Positions 61,744-64,000 of a stretch of 64,000 bases of DNA are shown one piece after another. The position numbers and the translations under genes were made by a program. The notes beneath the pieces are model-generated. The model was not told the DNA's origin. It searched no databases and saw nothing but the letters and a program-made list of their open reading frames with translations. Each line of letters begins with the position of its first letter. Position 1 is the stretch's first letter. The stretch comes from a virus, in the IMG/VR virus record IMGVR_UViG_3300031162_001603, positions 253-64,252 of that record. One strand, written 5' to 3'.

Positions 61744-63921
61744 TCTCCTCCCGATATTGACATTGACTTTATGAATGGGACTGATGATATAACTGATAAT
61801 TTTTTATATGAGAAGTATGGAAAAGAGCGTGTAATGTCTGTTGGTACTTTCGGTACTTTTTCTGAAAAGAATACAATTAAAGATGTTGTTCGAGCATATC
61901 AAGGAAAAGAAGCTACTGGATTTGGTTCTGATGTTTTTGAGCTTACCAAAGAGATGCCAGACTTTTTAAAGTATAACGACACTCTTAGGCATTGGTTTGA
62001 AACATGGCCAGATAAGCCAGAGTGTACTCCAAGGGTTAGAAATTGGATTAGAGACCCAAGGAACAAGGAAATGATTGAAGTAGCTTTAAAGTTACATGGC
62101 AATATTAGGGGAGTTGGTCAGCATGCAGCTGGAGTTGTAATTACTCCAGGTCCATCTTGGGATTATGTTCCAACAAACGTTATTGCATCTAATGGAAATG
62201 TTGTATCAGCATTTCAAGAGGCTGATAAGTCAGGTAAGGATTTATCTGCTATTGGTATTTTGAAGTTAGATAGGTTGAAATTAATGACTTTGAATGTAAT
62301 CAAGGAAACAATTGAAATTGTAAAAACAACAAAAGGAGAGGATATAACTGGTAAAGTGGATTATGTTGACCTTGAAGATGAGAATCTTTTTATTGAACTT
62401 AGGCTTGGATTAAATCACGGTATATTTCAATTTGAGAGTAGTGGGATGAATAATCTTATTAGAGGAATGCAGGTTGAGAAATTTGAAGAACTTGTTGCTT
62501 GTAATGCATTGTATAGGCCAGGTCCAATGGGTATTGGAGCTCACGAAGAGTTTATAGCGAATAAGTTTAATCCAGAGAAGATTAACTTGGTTCATCCAGC
62601 TCTTGAACCTATATTAAGAGAAACGAATGGAGTACTTGTATTTCAGGAACAGCTTATGTTTATCGCTGATAGGATTGGTGGAATGGGTCTTGGTAAGGGA
62701 GATAATCTCCGTAGGTACATGGATAAGGCAAGTAAGATTATTGCCAGACATTCTGCAGGAGAAAAGCTAACAGAGAGTGAATTAAATAATCCAAACTGGA
62801 AAGGTTTTCAAGAGTACTGGAATATGTTCCTTGATGGAGCGGCTGCTCAAGGGTATGATAAAAGCGAGGTTGACAAGATTAAAGATTGGGTAATTCAGTA
62901 TCTTGGATATTCGTTCAACAAGAGTCACAGTCTGAGTTACAGTTACTTAGCTATGCAAACCCTGTATTTAAAGCATTATTATCCTACTGAATTTTATACT
63001 GCTTTATTGAATCATCCAAAGTCTGGGCCAAAAGAGAAACAGCAGATTTGGATTGCCTCAGCAATTGCATCTGCAATGTCAAAAGGTATTGTTATAAAGA
63101 GGCCTTCAAGAAAGTCTGGATGGGAATGGACAATGACAGGAGGCCGTGAAATATCTATGGGATTTTCTGGAATTAATGGATTTGGTGAAATTGCATATGA
63201 AGAGATGTGTTCTCTTGTTAATGGAGTCCAAGTGAAAGAGGGGGAAGATAAGAAGACTCTTGAGACAATAAGTATGAGTGTGTTTTTAAGGCTTCCATTT
63301 AGTAAGTTTAACAAGACAGCGTTTACCGCTTGTCTAAAGGCTGGCGTGTTTGATGATTGGGGAGATTCAAGAGAGCAGCTTATTGCTATTAAGGCGAAGA
63401 AAAAGAAGAAGAAAGAGATAGCTAATCAAACTATTTTGTTTGATATGAATGACCCTTCTTTTGATATACCAATAAAGAGTGATATTAAAAAGTTCCCTCC
63501 GACAACGGAAACAGAAAAGAGAGTGGACTTTATAGAAGTTTGTAATTTTGACCTTGAAAAGATTAAGTACATACTTGAGATAAAGAAAGATGTAAATGAA
63601 AGAGCTAAGAGAGATAAGATAGTAGAAACAATAGTTAATTTCGATGACGATGATTTTTATATATTTGTTGTTGAGTCATTTAAAATGATTCAAGGAAGAA
63701 CTGGAAAAGAATACTTAACAATGAAGGTTGGGGATGGGATTAGTTATTCTACTCTTAGAGCATTTGACCCTACTGCAAAAGAATTATATCCTTTACTTCA
63801 AGCTAATGGTATTTATGTAGCAGAATTTGAGAAAAACAATAAAGGATATATAAACTTCAAGAGAGGAACGAGAATCGTAAGAGTTGATAAAGACATGAGT
63901 AAAAAAGAGATAAATGAGTAA
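61591..63921 (+). CDS. dnaE: DNA polymerase III alpha, C-terminal half preceded by C-intein
   Basis: HN|SPPDIDIDF catalytic aspartates, GQHAAGVVI, ILKLDRLKL, GIFQFES, ALYRPGP, TNGVLVFQEQLM, YSFNKSHS..Y, YPTEFY. Confidence 0.93.
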   Translation: MKLSKIKSINKIEYNNRVYDLSFDKDNLFFCSSNSLDKCCNSLISSVLIHNSPPDIDIDFMNGTDDITDNFLYEKYGKERVMSVGTFGTFSEKNTIKDVVRAYQGKEATGFGSDVFELTKEMPDFLKYNDTLRHWFETWPDKPECTPRVRNWIRDPRNKEMIEVALKLHGNIRGVGQHAAGVVITPGPSWDYVPTNVIASNGNVVSAFQEADKSGKDLSAIGILKLDRLKLMTLNVIKETIEIVKTTKGEDITGKVDYVDLEDENLFIELRLGLNHGIFQFESSGMNNLIRGMQVEKFEELVACNALYRPGPMGIGAHEEFIANKFNPEKINLVHPALEPILRETNGVLVFQEQLMFIADRIGGMGLGKGDNLRRYMDKASKIIARHSAGEKLTESELNNPNWKGFQEYWNMFLDGAAAQGYDKSEVDKIKDWVIQYLGYSFNKSHSLSYSYLAMQTLYLKHYYPTEFYTALLNHPKSGPKEKQQIWIASAIASAMSKGIVIKRPSRKSGWEWTMTGGREISMGFSGINGFGEIAYEEMCSLVNGVQVKEGEDKKTLETISMSVFLRLPFSKFNKTAFTACLKAGVFDDWGDSREQLIAIKAKKKKKKEIANQTILFDMNDPSFDIPIKSDIKKFPPTTETEKRVDFIEVCNFDLEKIKYILEIKKDVNERAKRDKIVETIVNFDDDDFYIFVVESFKMIQGRTGKEYLTMKVGDGISYSTLRAFDPTAKELYPLLQANGIYVAEFEKNNKGYINFKRGTRIVRVDKDMSKKEINE

Positions 63922-64000
63922 AAAAAATAAAGAAAAGTTGTTTCATATTAAATATGTGACGGAAGAAGATAGAAAAAGAGAGTTAAAAGAAGCGATTTCA
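63914..64000 (+). CDS. Start of a gene running off the right edge (MSKKNKEKLFHIKYVTEEDRK...)
   Basis: Manual translation; ATG overlaps the dnaE-C stop region and the frame stays open to the window end. Confidence 0.5.
   Translation, partial: MSKKNKEKLFHIKYVTEEDRKRELKEAIS

Noticed and set aside
1-64000. Genome-wide stop-codon reassignment (TAG=Gln or TGA=Trp)
   Set aside because: Capsid, sheath, terminase, portal and DnaE halves are uninterrupted in code 11; TAG ends the GT11 gene at its usual WIKI terminus and TGA ends several genes
1-64000. CRISPR array, tRNA or rRNA genes
   Set aside because: No regularly spaced repeat-spacer units or cloverleaf patterns seen; spacers are short and AT-rich apart from 34118-34519

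Overview
AT-rich 64 kb segment of a jumbo/huge tailed phage with T4-like (myovirus) morphogenesis genes. The host is probably Bacteroidota: there are TTTG-N19-22-TAnnTTT(G) promoters, A-rich leaders without Shine-Dalgarno sites, and a Bacteroidota-type DnaE with an N-terminal DEDDh exonuclease. Layout, left to right: (1) a ~15.5 kb minus-strand glycan operon, open at the left edge, with two GDP-L-fucose synthases, GT11 and GT10 fucosyltransferases, GalE, a GT7-like and several GT2/GT-A enzymes, a sulfotransferase, a sugar O-methyltransferase, thioredoxin and an odd mini-gp13 paralogue; (2) acidic putative head-core proteins, PhoH and a GT4; (3) prohead protease, scaffold and major capsid; (4) neck gp13/gp14, tail terminator, sheath, Thr/Ser/Gly-rich fibre proteins and an inverted tail-tube cassette; (5) patatin, terminase and an intein-containing portal; (6) a dnaE gene fractured into two split-intein halves around a Vsr-like endonuclease. 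Most notable signals: a ~290-nt highly structured antisense RNA candidate between gp14 and the tail terminator, with its own late-promoter motif and a G7-N6-G7 tract; a [ST]-[GA]-x-T motif strongly enriched in virion proteins and nearly absent from enzymes, next to a large glycosylation operon (possible phage-encoded virion O-glycosylation); the split-intein DNA polymerase; and a mini-neck/portal-clip-like chimera. No tRNA, rRNA or CRISPR array was seen. All assignments come from motif recognition by eye; no database searches or folding programs were run.
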